NCBI GenBank assembly: GCA_963842525.1
Contig: CAWJGT010000001.1
Coordinates: forward strand, 192,001-256,000
Source of the DNA: an uncultured Holophagales bacterium
GTDB taxonomy: Bacteria > Acidobacteriota > Thermoanaerobaculia > Multivoradales > UBA5704
DNA: 64,000 nucleotides
Direction: 5' to 3'
The notes beneath the pieces are model-generated. The model saw only the letters and a program-made list of their open reading frames with translations, was not told where the DNA came from and did no database searches. The translations under genes and the position numbers were made by a program. Numbering within the stretch: position 1 is the stretch's first letter; the number at the start of each line of letters is the position of its first letter. Below, in pieces: positions 20,796 through 30,575 of this stretch.

Positions 20796-21816
20796 GGCTC
20801 TTCCGCATGAGGGGTGTGAGGGGGGACCAGGGGGCTACGGCGAGGTAGAGCACCAGGGCCGCCACCGCGGCGGCGAGCGGCCACTGGAACCGCTCCTCCA
20901 GCGTGCTCAGGCTCTGGCTCTCCAGCGTCCGCTTCTCCATGCCGTCGATCCGCTGCAGGATCGGCGTCGGGTCGGCGGCGGCGCTGGTGACCCGCAGATA
21001 GGAGCCGCGAGTGGCACGGGTGAGCCCTTCGAGCACCTCCTCGTGGAGCTTGGTGACGACGAGGCTGCCGTCCGCCTGCCGCTTGAAGCTGCGGCTGCCC
21101 GCCCCGGCGGAGATCGGCACGTAGCCGCCCTCGGGAGTCCCGACCCCCAGGGCGTGGACCACGACCCCCTCCTCCTTGAGGCGTGCGATCCGTCCGTCGA
21201 TCCCGCCGCCGTGATCCTCCCCGTCCGAGAGCAGGACCAGGACCCGGTGCTTGTCGCCTCCCTCGCCGAACAGGCGGAGGGCGGCTTCCAGCCCGGGAGC
21301 GAGCTCGGTCCCGGGGGTCGGCAGGGAGCCCGGCTCGATCGTGTCCAGCAGCAGGTCGATCACGGCGCCGTCGAGCGTGAGGGGAGCCAGCACGACGCCC
21401 GTCCCCTCCGTCTGCACCAGGCCGATCCGGTTGCCTGGCATGGCGCGGGCCATTCGCCGCACCAGGCTCTTGGCCACGAAGAGCCGCGACGGAGCGACGT
21501 CGTAGGCCCCCATGGACAGCGACGAGTCGACGAGGAAGACCACGTCGACCCCCTGCCGCTCGACCTCCTGCGTCCCGGTCCCCCAGCGCGGCCGGGCGAG
21601 GGCGAGCGAGGCGCCCAGGGCGGCGACGGTCAGGCAGACGACCGAGATCCGCATCCGGCGCGGCGAGTAGGTGGGGAGCAGCCGGCTCCACAGGCCGCGC
21701 GAGGCCCATGCCGCGTCCGCGGCGAGCCGGCGCCTCCACAGCAGCACGGCCGCCGCCGCGACCGCGAGGGGGATCGCCAGGGCCAGCCAGAGGAAGCGGG
21801 GGTCGGCGAAGGTCAT
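20785..21816 (-). CDS. BatB-like VWA protein
   Basis: ALARPRWG, DSSLSM MIDAS, PLTLD, LSDGEDH. Confidence 0.9.
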   Translation of the reverse strand: MTFADPRFLWLALAIPLAVAAAAVLLWRRRLAADAAWASRGLWSRLLPTYSPRRMRISVVCLTVAALGASLALARPRWGTGTQEVERQGVDVVFLVDSSLSMGAYDVAPSRLFVAKSLVRRMARAMPGNRIGLVQTEGTGVVLAPLTLDGAVIDLLLDTIEPGSLPTPGTELAPGLEAALRLFGEGGDKHRVLVLLSDGEDHGGGIDGRIARLKEEGVVVHALGVGTPEGGYVPISAGAGSRSFKRQADGSLVVTKLHEEVLEGLTRATRGSYLRVTSAAADPTPILQRIDGMEKRTLESQSLSTLEERFQWPLAAAVAALVLYLAVAPWSPLTPLMRKSHVS

Positions 21817-22829
21817 GGCTCGGCCGTGATCCTCGCGCCCGCGGCGGCAAAGGGGAGGAGCAGGAAGCCCAGGCCCGCCCAGACAAGCGGCGGAAAAGCC
21901 TCGCGGTAGCGGACGTAGCGCTTCACCTGGAGCGGCGTCTTCTCCAGCCGGTCGATCTCGTGGAAGACCCGCTGCAAGCTCTCGGGATCGGTCGCCATGA
22001 AGAGCTCGCCGCCCGTGCGCTGCGCAATCTGGCGCAGCAGCTTCTCGTCGACCGGCAGGTGCATCAGGACCCGCCGGGTCTCCGTCCGGCCGGTGACCGG
22101 ATCGGGGGCGGGGAAGGAGACCGGCACGAGCCCCGCGCTTCCCCCGACGCCGACCGTATAGACCTTGATCCCGAGCCCCTTGCAGACCGCGGCCGAGGAG
22201 AGCGGGTCGATCTCGCCGGCGTTGTTGATGCCGTCGGTGACCAGCACGATGACCTTGCTCTTGGCCGCGCTCTCCTCGAGGCGCGCCGCGGCATTGGCGA
22301 GGGCGACGCCGATCGCCGTGCCGTCCGGCAGGGTGTTGAGCTCGACCGAGTCGATCAACAGGTCGAGCATCTGCCGGTCGGTGGTGAGCGGCGCCCGGGT
22401 CATGGCGCTGCCCGCGAACACGATGAAGCCGATGCGGTCCCCGGGCCGGCCCGCCACGAAGTCGCGGACCACGCGCTTGGCCACGGTCAGCCGGTCCTTG
22501 GGCTGGAAGTCCTCGGCCCCCATGCTGCCGGAGATGTCGAGCACGATCTCGATGTCGATCCCTTCTGTGAGGCTCTCTTCCCAGGCATAACCGAGCTGCG
22601 GCCGGGCGAGCGCCAGGATCAGGCAGGCGAGCGCCACCAGGCGCGCGTAGAACGGGAGGTGCAGGCGCCAGGAGCCGCTGCCCCGGGTGCCCCGCGATCC
22701 CGCGGGAAGGCGGCTGTAGGTCAGCTCGCCCAGGGCCGGCTGCCGGTGGTGCCGCCAGGCGAGCAGGGGCAGGATGGCGAGCAGGAGGAGCCACCAGGGA
22801 CTGGCGATATGAGGGAAGAGGTCGCTCAT
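21813..22829 (-). CDS. BatA-like VWA protein
   Basis: ALARPQ, DISGSM, GTAIG, TDGINNAG. Confidence 0.92.
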   Translation of the reverse strand: MSDLFPHIASPWWLLLLAILPLLAWRHHRQPALGELTYSRLPAGSRGTRGSGSWRLHLPFYARLVALACLILALARPQLGYAWEESLTEGIDIEIVLDISGSMGAEDFQPKDRLTVAKRVVRDFVAGRPGDRIGFIVFAGSAMTRAPLTTDRQMLDLLIDSVELNTLPDGTAIGVALANAAARLEESAAKSKVIVLVTDGINNAGEIDPLSSAAVCKGLGIKVYTVGVGGSAGLVPVSFPAPDPVTGRTETRRVLMHLPVDEKLLRQIAQRTGGELFMATDPESLQRVFHEIDRLEKTPLQVKRYVRYREAFPPLVWAGLGFLLLPFAAAGARITAEP

Positions 22830-23944
22830 CCCGCCTTCTCCAGCCGCTCGGGCAGATCGACCGGCTCGACCGGCCGCAGGTGCTGCTCCATCACGCGCGC
22901 GATCTGGCGCGCCGCGGCGACGCGCTCCCGTGTCCGTTCCTGGCCGACCTCCTGCCGCGCGAACTTCACCAGGTCGCAGGCCCTCAGCAGCTCCGCCGCC
23001 GGCCGCACCAGGGCCCCGGGCAGGCGGAGAGCGAGCCGGCGCTGGATCTCGCTCGTGGTGCTCTCAAGGGCCGGGATGTCGAGGCTGCGGCCCAGGTACT
23101 GCCGGAGCGCCCGGCTGAGGCGCGTGTGGAGCCTGACCGTGGACGGCTCATCGCCCAGGCGGTCGAGCTCGCCCAGCAGCTCGTCGAACGGAGGCAGCGG
23201 CGGCCGGGCCGCCTCGGTCGCCGCGACGGTCCGGCGCCCCTGCCGCCAGACGGCCCAGAGGGCGAGGAGTGCCACGGCGGACAGGGCCGCCAGGGTCCAC
23301 CAGAACGCGGCGCCGATCGGCAACTGGCGCGGCGGCGCGGCCGGCTTCGGCTTGGGGTCCTTTTCATTGGATGGGAAGACCGACCGGACCTGGACCGCCA
23401 GGCCCGCGGGGGTCTGCACCTGGAGCGTCCGGTCGCGCAGAGGGACGGCCACCGCGACCGGCGGCAGCTCGACCCGGCCGGTGCGGAACGCCGCGAGGAC
23501 GACCCGCTGCCGCCAGACCGCCGCGCCATTCTCCTCGCCGGTCCTCTGGGCCTGCCCCTTCTCCAGGACCTCCGCCTCGCCCCAGGTCCGGCCCCGCTGT
23601 TCCCAGACCGGGAACCGCGGATCGCCCGCGAGGCTCGCCGGGTCCACCCGCAGGGTCAGGACGGCCTCGATCCGGTCCCCCACCGTGACCTGCCGCGGGT
23701 TCAGGGTGACGTCGAGGCGGGGAGCGGGTTGGGCCAGGGCAGGGAGGGACAGGAGGACCAGCAGGCATCCCAGGGCCGCCCGGAGCCCCTCACCCCCCGG
23801 CCCCCTCTCCCAACCGCCCTCCCTTCCTCCGGGAGAGGGGGAGGAAAAACGCACAGATCCGGATGAGGCTGCCTCCTGCGAGGCTCCCCTCGCCCGGTGG
23901 TGGGGGAGGGCGGACTGGGAGAGGGGTCGGGGGTGAGGGCTCAC
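22826..23944 (-). CDS. Bat-operon hypothetical membrane protein with a repeat-derived N-terminal extension
   Basis: LRQYL, ALESTTSEI, DLVKFA; GTGA overlap with the DUF58 stop. Confidence 0.8.
   Translation of the reverse strand: MSPHPRPLSQSALPHHRARGASQEAASSGSVRFSSPSPGGREGGWERGPGGEGLRAALGCLLVLLSLPALAQPAPRLDVTLNPRQVTVGDRIEAVLTLRVDPASLAGDPRFPVWEQRGRTWGEAEVLEKGQAQRTGEENGAAVWRQRVVLAAFRTGRVELPPVAVAVPLRDRTLQVQTPAGLAVQVRSVFPSNEKDPKPKPAAPPRQLPIGAAFWWTLAALSAVALLALWAVWRQGRRTVAATEAARPPLPPFDELLGELDRLGDEPSTVRLHTRLSRALRQYLGRSLDIPALESTTSEIQRRLALRLPGALVRPAAELLRACDLVKFARQEVGQERTRERVAAARQIARVMEQHLRPVEPVDLPERLEKAG
23787..23941. repeat. Inverted pair of CCCTCTCCC/GGGAGAGGG repeats inside a reading frame
   Basis: Copies at about 23787-23841 (+) and 23885-23941 (-). 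Confidence 0.85.
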
Positions 23945-24915
23945 CGCTGGAACCTCCGGCGCCTCTGCTCGAAGAAGGCCAGGATGGTCTGGAGATACGG
24001 CCGGTCGGTCCGCAGCTCCAGGTGGTCCACCCCCAGGCGGCGGGTCAGGCGGGCGAGATCCTCGCGCTCGCGGCGCCGGCGCTCGGCGTGGTGGCGGCCC
24101 TGCTTGCGGCCGTCGACGAGGGCGACCCGGCCCGTCTCGGCATCGCGCAGCACTACCGGGCCGACCGCGGGCAGCTCCTGGTCCCGCGGATCGACGATCT
24201 CGACCACGATCACGTCGTGGCGGGCCGCCGCGGCCTTGAGCGCGCGCGTGCAGGGAGCGCCCAGGAAATCGGAGATGATGAAGAGCACCGAACGCCGCTT
24301 GAGCGTGGCAAGGACCGCGTCGAGCCCGCTCTCCAGGTCGGTCTGCCCGTGCGACGGCCGGTCGAGCACCTCGCGGACCAGGCGCAGCACGTGCGTGCGG
24401 CGGCGGCGCGGCTCCAGGAACAGCTCCAGCCGGTCGCTCATCAGGGCGGCTCCGACCCGGTCCTGGTTGCGCAGCGCCGCGAAGGCGAGGAGCGCCGAGA
24501 TTTCGGCCGCCAGCTCCCGCTTGAGGATCGCCCGCGAGCCGAAGCTCAGGCTCCCCGACACGTCGATGGCCAGGAAGATCGTGAGGTCCCGTTCCTCGAC
24601 GTACTTCTTGACGAACGGCGTGCCCATACGGGCGGTGACGTTCCAGTCGATCGTGCGGACGTCGTCGCCCGGCTGATAGGGGCGGACCTCGGCAAATTCC
24701 ATCCCGAGACCCTTGAAGACCGCGTGGTAATCGCCGGCCACCCCCTGGTCGACCAGACGGTTGGTGGCGATCTCGATCCGCCGCACCTTGCGCATGAGGT
24801 CGGCAGGCAGGCGCGAGGCCTTCCTCTCGGCGGGGACGTCGATCCGCCGGGCCGGCTCTCCTGCCGCTTCGCTCCGGCGGGACAGCGGCTTGCGCGGTGC
24901 GAAAAGACCGAACAT
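23941..24915 (-). CDS. DUF58 protein
   Basis: FKGLGMEFAEVRPYQPGDDVRTIDWNVTAR, ISDF. Confidence 0.93.
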   Translation of the reverse strand: MFGLFAPRKPLSRRSEAAGEPARRIDVPAERKASRLPADLMRKVRRIEIATNRLVDQGVAGDYHAVFKGLGMEFAEVRPYQPGDDVRTIDWNVTARMGTPFVKKYVEERDLTIFLAIDVSGSLSFGSRAILKRELAAEISALLAFAALRNQDRVGAALMSDRLELFLEPRRRRTHVLRLVREVLDRPSHGQTDLESGLDAVLATLKRRSVLFIISDFLGAPCTRALKAAAARHDVIVVEIVDPRDQELPAVGPVVLRDAETGRVALVDGRKQGRHHAERRRREREDLARLTRRLGVDHLELRTDRPYLQTILAFFEQRRRRFQR

Positions 24916-24927
24916 GGGCTTCGCCTG

Positions 24928-25917
24928 CTAGGGAACGGGAATGCGATCGAGCAGCTTCGCGACCATATGATCCGTTGTGATCTCCTCCGCCTCGGCCTCA
25001 TAGGTCGGGATGATCCGGTGGCGCAGGACGTCGGCCGCCAGCTCCTTGATGTCCTCCGGGATCACGTAGCCGCGTCCGCGCACCAGGGCCATGGCCTTGG
25101 CGGCGCGGGCCAGGAACAGGGTCGCCCGCGGCGAAGCGCCGAAGGCGATCAGGTCGGTCAGCTCGCCGAGGCCGGCCGCGCGCGGCTCGCGGGTGGCCAT
25201 CACCAGATCCAGGACGTAGTTGCGGATCTTGTTGTCCAGGTAGACGGAGTCGACCACCCCGCGCAGGGCGAGCAGCCGGTCGCGGTCGACGACCGGGCTC
25301 GGCCGCAGGTCGTGCTCGACCAGCATGCGGTCGAGGATCTCCGCCTCCTCGGCCCGGCTCGGATAGGAGATCTTGAGCTTCATCATGAAGCGGTCCACCT
25401 GGGCCTCGGCCAGCGGATAGGTCCCCTCCTGCTCGATGGGGTTCTGCGTGGCGAGCACCATGAACGGCTCGGGGAGCTTCCACGTCCGGTCGCCGAGGGT
25501 GACCTGGCGCTCTTCCATCGACTCCAGCAGCGCCGACTGCACCTTGGCCGGCGCGCGGTTGATCTCGTCGGCGAGCAGCAGATGGGTGAAGACCGGGCCC
25601 TTCCGGGGGAGGAACTCGCCGCTCCGCTGGTCATAGATCAGCGTGCCGACGAGGTCGGCCGGCAGCAGGTCGGGGGTGAACTGGATGCGCTGCGAGTCGA
25701 TCGCGAGCGTCTGCGCGAGGGTCTTGACCGCCAGGGTCTTGGCGAGGCCCGGCACCCCTTCGATGAGGATATGGCCGCGGGCCAGAAGGCCGACCAGCAG
25801 GCGGTCGAGCAGGTAGTCCTGCCCGACGATGACCTTGCGCAGCTCGGCTTCGATCCGCTTGACGGTGAGCATCTCCCGCTCGAGATCACGGTTCAGGGTG
25901 GCGACGTCGACGTTCAT
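24928..25917 (-). CDS. moxR: MoxR family AAA+ ATPase
   Basis: GVPGLAKT, RIQFTPDLLPAD, DEINRAPAKVQSALLE, TQNPIEQEGTYPL. Confidence 0.95.
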   Translation of the reverse strand: MNVDVATLNRDLEREMLTVKRIEAELRKVIVGQDYLLDRLLVGLLARGHILIEGVPGLAKTLAVKTLAQTLAIDSQRIQFTPDLLPADLVGTLIYDQRSGEFLPRKGPVFTHLLLADEINRAPAKVQSALLESMEERQVTLGDRTWKLPEPFMVLATQNPIEQEGTYPLAEAQVDRFMMKLKISYPSRAEEAEILDRMLVEHDLRPSPVVDRDRLLALRGVVDSVYLDNKIRNYVLDLVMATREPRAAGLGELTDLIAFGASPRATLFLARAAKAMALVRGRGYVIPEDIKELAADVLRHRIIPTYEAEAEEITTDHMVAKLLDRIPVP

Positions 25918-26081
25918 AGGCCGATGGCCGGAGGTGCAAGTGAGGTGCCATGGAAAGTGCTCGCCGGCTCCCTCACAAGCGCCGGGTAAATATATGGCGG
26001 CATAGGCCTCTACGGCGCCCAACCGGTCGTCGCTCGGCCAATTTGGCACCTGTCCTTCATCCTTCTGATAGTTTGCTCCTC

Positions 26082-26858
26082 GTGCGTCCGCCGATCCTCA
26101 AGAAATCCCTGGGCCAGCACCATCTGGTGGATGGGTCCCTCTGCCATCCCCTGATCCGGTTCCTGGCGCCGACGGGGCAGCGGGTCCTGGAGATCGGCCC
26201 CGGAGGAGGAGTGCTGACGGCCGAGCTGCTCGCTGCCGGTGCCTGGGTGATCGGTTGGGAGCTGGACCTCGACTGGGCCGCGGAGCTGCACCGCCGTCTC
26301 CCGGACCAGGATCTCCGACTGGTGATCGGCGATGCTTTGGAGATCGCATGGGACCGCCTGCCGTCGCCGACCCTGGTCGCCGGCAACCTCCCCTACAACG
26401 TCGCGACCGCCATCCTCGAGAGGCTGCTGCCGCATCACGACAGGGTGCCGCTCGCCGCCGTCCTGGTCCAGAAGGAAGTCGCCGACCGCCTGGTGGCCGG
26501 CCCCCGGGATGAAGCCTACGGCTCGCTGAGCGTGATCATCGCCGCCTACGCAAAGGCGAAGATCCTCAGCCGGGTCCGCCCCGGCAGCTTCCGTCCGCCC
26601 CCCAAGGTCGAGAGCGCCTTCGTCGGCTTCGAGCTCCAACTCCCGCCACTGCCGGCCGAAGAGATGCCCTCCTTCATCAAGATGGTCCGCCTCGCCTTCG
26701 GGCAGCGGAGGAAGACCCTCCGGAACGCGCTGGCGGCCGGCTGGGGAAGGGAGAAGGCTGAAGCCGTGCTCCGGGCGGCGGGAGTGCCCGATCGGGTGCG
26801 GGCGGAGGAGCTCGGCCTGGAGAGATTTTTAGAGATTTACCGGGCCTCTCGGTATTGA
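26082..26858 (+). CDS. rsmA: 16S rRNA dimethyladenosine transferase
   Basis: KKSLGQH, EIGPGGG, NLPYNV, FRPPPKVES, QRRKTLRN. Confidence 0.94.
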   Translation: MRPPILKKSLGQHHLVDGSLCHPLIRFLAPTGQRVLEIGPGGGVLTAELLAAGAWVIGWELDLDWAAELHRRLPDQDLRLVIGDALEIAWDRLPSPTLVAGNLPYNVATAILERLLPHHDRVPLAAVLVQKEVADRLVAGPRDEAYGSLSVIIAAYAKAKILSRVRPGSFRPPPKVESAFVGFELQLPPLPAEEMPSFIKMVRLAFGQRRKTLRNALAAGWGREKAEAVLRAAGVPDRVRAEELGLERFLEIYRASRY

Positions 26859-26906
26859 CGGTTGGTTCTACCGGAAGTCATACTAAACAGGAGGAAGAGA
26901 TGTACC

Positions 26907-27164
26907 ATGCCGACCGTCAAAACCGCGATCTCAATCCCAGAGCCCCTGTTCAATCGCGCCGAGAGCGTGGCACGGGAGCTTCAGATCTCTCGCAGCCAAC
27001 TCGTCGCCAAAGCATTGGACGAGTTCGTTAAGCGATTCGAGAGACAAACGTTGATCGAGGCCATCAACCGGGCCTACGCGGACGACCCGCCGAATGCAGA
27101 GGAGAAGCAGTTGTTGCAGGGAATCCGAGAGAAGCAGCGGAAGTTGCTGGAGTCCGAGAGTTGA
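26907..27164 (+). CDS. Ribbon-helix-helix antitoxin (ChpI/MazE6-like)
   Basis: KTAISIPEPLF..AE..A..L.ISRSQL; overlaps the toxin start. Confidence 0.87.
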   Translation: MPTVKTAISIPEPLFNRAESVARELQISRSQLVAKALDEFVKRFERQTLIEAINRAYADDPPNAEEKQLLQGIREKQRKLLESES

Positions 27165-27517
27165 TCCGGCAGGGGGATGTTTATTGGTTCGATTTCGGAA
27201 AACCCTCGGGATCTGGACCTGGGTTTCTTCGTCCCTGCGTTGTGGTGCAGGCCGATGCTTTCAACGAGAGCCTTCTCAATACAGTTGTGGTTTGCGTTTT
27301 GACGTCCAATCTCCTCCGAGCTCGGATTCCGGGTAATGTTCTTTTGGATGCAGGCGAAGCAGACTTGCCGGAGCGGAGCGTCGTTGTTGTCTCTCAACTC
27401 TTTACCGTGGATAAGGAAGATCTGCTGGACAAGATCGATACAGTCTTACCTGAGCATATTCGACAGATCTTCGAAGGCGTCTATCATCTCTTAAAGCCGG
27501 AGGACTTCCCCCTCTGA
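27161..27517 (+). CDS. mazF: PemK/MazF family toxin
   Basis: QGDVYWFDF..P.GS.PG..RPCVVVQ.D.FN, LTSN, PGNV, SQLFTVDK. Confidence 0.92.
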   Translation: MIRQGDVYWFDFGKPSGSGPGFLRPCVVVQADAFNESLLNTVVVCVLTSNLLRARIPGNVLLDAGEADLPERSVVVVSQLFTVDKEDLLDKIDTVLPEHIRQIFEGVYHLLKPEDFPL

Positions 27518-27636
27518 CCGGCCGGCAGCCTCCATGAAGCGGCGGATCTCCGCGCGGCGTGCCTCCAAGCTTGCCGTGCCCGCTGTGCTAGACTTTATGC
27601 CTACTTGAAGGCGAAACCTTCAACCAGGACCTCAAC

Positions 27637-30177
27637 GTGTCTGTGGCCATTACCAAGACGACGAAGCCGCGCGAGCGGGCGAGGATCTCGCCGGAGAAGG
27701 GGAGCGAGCTGCTCGGCCTGCTGCTGTTCTGCGTCGGCCTCTTCCTCGCGCTCAGCTTCGCCAGCTACCGGCCGGACGACCCGAGCGTCTTCCACCAGGT
27801 CGCCGAAGCGGTCAAGGCGAAGAACTGGACCGGCGCCGCCGGGGCGCACGTCGCGGCGGTCGCCTTCGGCTTCCTTGGCCTGACCTGCCTGCTCATCCCC
27901 TTCTTCCTGCTGGCCACCGGCTGGCGGCGGCTGCGGCGGAAGGGGGCCCAGAAGGTCGTCGGCCGCGGCTTCGGGGCCGTCCTCCTCCTGGCGGCCACTC
28001 CGGCCCTGCTGCAGCTCACCCTGGGCCGGATCTCCTGGCGGGAGGGCTCCGTCGCCACCGGCGGCGCCTTCGGCCAGCTCCTGGCCGAGCTGCTCGACAA
28101 GCGCTTCAACTTCATGGGGACCATCGTCATTCTCCTGACCGGGGTCGCCTGCGGCACCGCCCTCGTCGTCCAGTCGACGCTCGGCGACCTGCTGGCGGCC
28201 TGGCGGGAGAAGCTCCGCCAGATCTGGCAGGAGCACGTCCTGGCGCGGGAGCGCCGGCGGGAGCGCCGGGAGAAGGAGCGCGTCCGGCGGCGGATCATCA
28301 CCAAGCACCTCCAGCGCGTGGTCGAGGAGAAGCAGAAGAAGGAAGAGGCGCCGATCCGGACCGGCGCGGTCCCGGTCAGCCGCTCGGTATCTCCGGCATC
28401 CCCGGCACCGCCGGAGCCGCCGCCCGGGCGCCTCGACCTCCCCCTCCGGGCCGGCCGGGTCGCCGAGCGGTGGGGAGATGCGGACCCCGGCATCCGCCGC
28501 GTGAGCGCCTCGGAGCTCCAGGAGGACGAGGAGTTCCACGCCGTCCGCGCCGCCTACGAATCCCTGCAAGAGGGGCCTCGGCCGTCTGCGTCACCGTCCA
28601 CGTCGTCCCCGTCTCCACGTTCTGCCCGGTCTCCGAAAGCGGCCCCACAGCCGCAGCTCTTCACTCCGACCGAGATCGCGCCGGGTACCCTGCCGCCGGT
28701 CAACCTCCTCCAGATGGGGGACGGCAAGAACGCGATCGATCAGGCCGAGCTGGTGCGCCTGGGCGAGGTGATCCGGACCCGCTGCGAAGAGTTCGGCGTC
28801 GAAGGGACTATCGAAGGCATCAGCCCCGGCCCGGTCATCACCGTCTTCGAGCTCCAGCCGGCCCCGGGCGTCAAAGTCAGCCAGGTCGTCAACCTCCAGG
28901 ACGACCTCGCCCTGGCGCTCAAGGCCGAGTCCGTGCGCATCGACCGCATGCCGGGTCGTTCGACGCTGGGGATCGAAGTGCCGAACCGCGAGCGCGCCAT
29001 GATCCGCCTGGGTTCGCTTCTCTCCGACGACCGGTTCCGGAAGGCGCCTTCGGTGCTGACCATGGCGATCGGCACCGACATCCACGGCGAGCCCTTCTAC
29101 GCCGACCTCGCCACCATGCCGCACCTGCTGGTGGCCGGCGCCACCGGAGCGGGCAAGAGCGTGGGCCTCCAGAGCATGATCACGTCGATCCTCTACAAGG
29201 CGACGCGCGAAGAGGTCCAGTTCATCTTCATCGATCCCAAACGGATCGAGCTGGGGGTCTACGCGGACATACCGCACCTGAAGTGCGAGGTCGTGGTCGA
29301 TCCCAAGAAGGCGGCCAACGCGCTGCGCTGGGCGGTGGCCGAGATGGAGCGGCGCTACCGCCTGCTGGCCGAGGTCCACGTCCGCTCGATCGCCTACTAC
29401 AACCGGGCGATCCAGGACCCGCAGGTGCAGCAGCGCCTCGCGCTGACTGAAGAGGGCGAGAGCGTCTTCACCGCGGCGGACCTGAAGCCGCTGCCCTACT
29501 ACGTCGTGGTCATCGACGAGCTGGCCGACCTGATGATGGTGGCGTCCTCGGATGTCGAAACCTCGATCGCCCGGCTCGCCCAGATGGCCCGTGCCGTCGG
29601 CATTCATCTGATCATCGCGACCCAGCGGCCGTCGGTCGACGTGCTGACCGGCACGATCAAGGCGAACTTCCCGTGCCGCATCTCCTTCGCCACCGCCAGC
29701 CGGCACGACTCGCGGACCATCCTCGACCAGGTGGGCTCCGAGAAGCTCCTGGGCAAGGGCGACATGCTGATGATGCCGCCCGGCTCCTCGCGCATCACGC
29801 GCCTGCACGGCGCCTACATCTCCGAGCAGGAGACCGCGGCGCTGATCCGCTGGCTCAAGAAGCTCGGCAAGCCCGATCTCGATCCCGACGTGCTCAAGGC
29901 GCCGGACAGCGAAGGCAGCAGCGCGAGCGGCGACGGCGACAACGACGACGAGCTCTACGACGAGGCGGCCCATCTGGTCGTGGCCGAGCGCCAGGCCTCG
30001 GCGAGTTTCCTCCAGCGCCGCATGCGCGTCGGCTTCTCCCGCGCCGCCCGCCTCATCGACATGATGGAGCGCGACGGCCTCCTCGGTCCCGCTCAGGGCA
30101 GCAAGCCCCGCGAGGTCCTCGTCAAGCCCGACTACTTCGAAGAGATCGACGGGGCGCGGCTGGGGGTGGAGGAGTAG
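27637..30177 (+). CDS. ftsK: DNA translocase FtsK
   Basis: 4TM N-terminus, PHLLVAGATGAGKS, DELADLMM, ATQRPSVDV, gamma domain LQRRMRVGFSRAARLID. Confidence 0.97.
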   Translation: MSVAITKTTKPRERARISPEKGSELLGLLLFCVGLFLALSFASYRPDDPSVFHQVAEAVKAKNWTGAAGAHVAAVAFGFLGLTCLLIPFFLLATGWRRLRRKGAQKVVGRGFGAVLLLAATPALLQLTLGRISWREGSVATGGAFGQLLAELLDKRFNFMGTIVILLTGVACGTALVVQSTLGDLLAAWREKLRQIWQEHVLARERRRERREKERVRRRIITKHLQRVVEEKQKKEEAPIRTGAVPVSRSVSPASPAPPEPPPGRLDLPLRAGRVAERWGDADPGIRRVSASELQEDEEFHAVRAAYESLQEGPRPSASPSTSSPSPRSARSPKAAPQPQLFTPTEIAPGTLPPVNLLQMGDGKNAIDQAELVRLGEVIRTRCEEFGVEGTIEGISPGPVITVFELQPAPGVKVSQVVNLQDDLALALKAESVRIDRMPGRSTLGIEVPNRERAMIRLGSLLSDDRFRKAPSVLTMAIGTDIHGEPFYADLATMPHLLVAGATGAGKSVGLQSMITSILYKATREEVQFIFIDPKRIELGVYADIPHLKCEVVVDPKKAANALRWAVAEMERRYRLLAEVHVRSIAYYNRAIQDPQVQQRLALTEEGESVFTAADLKPLPYYVVVIDELADLMMVASSDVETSIARLAQMARAVGIHLIIATQRPSVDVLTGTIKANFPCRISFATASRHDSRTILDQVGSEKLLGKGDMLMMPPGSSRITRLHGAYISEQETAALIRWLKKLGKPDLDPDVLKAPDSEGSSASGDGDNDDELYDEAAHLVVAERQASASFLQRRMRVGFSRAARLIDMMERDGLLGPAQGSKPREVLVKPDYFEEIDGARLGVEE

Positions 30178-30219
30178 GGGCGGCTGCGGATCGTGTAGGC
30201 TGTGGCGGGGAGGACACCC

Positions 30220-30465
30220 ATGCTGACCATTGAGACCATCGCCACGGTGACAGAGGACGGCACGATCATGGCCAAGGCGCCGGGGTCCGTACCCAAGGGA
30301 CGGCACCGAGCCGTCATTGTTCTCGAGGATGCACCTGTCGAGGGAGCGTCTGATCGAGAGGCGCGTCAAAAATTTCCAAACATGGCCTCCTTCCGCGAAG
30401 GCCTCGGCGTGCCGGTCCATCCGGGCAACACGGTCCTTGAGATGCGCGAGGACGAGAGATCGTGA
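30220..30465 (+). CDS. Small hypothetical protein, probable orphan antitoxin
   Basis: ATVTEDGTI beta motif, ends MREDERS; stop overlaps GTG-ATT-TAC. Confidence 0.65.
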   Translation: MLTIETIATVTEDGTIMAKAPGSVPKGRHRAVIVLEDAPVEGASDREARQKFPNMASFREGLGVPVHPGNTVLEMREDERS

Positions 30466-30575
30466 TTTACGCAATCGGAGTCGAGGTCATTCCGTAGTTT
30501 CTTTGCCGCCTCTTTCTTTACCGTCTTTGGGAGCAGCGTCGGTATAATCGAGGCTACTGAACTCCTTCGGTCGCG

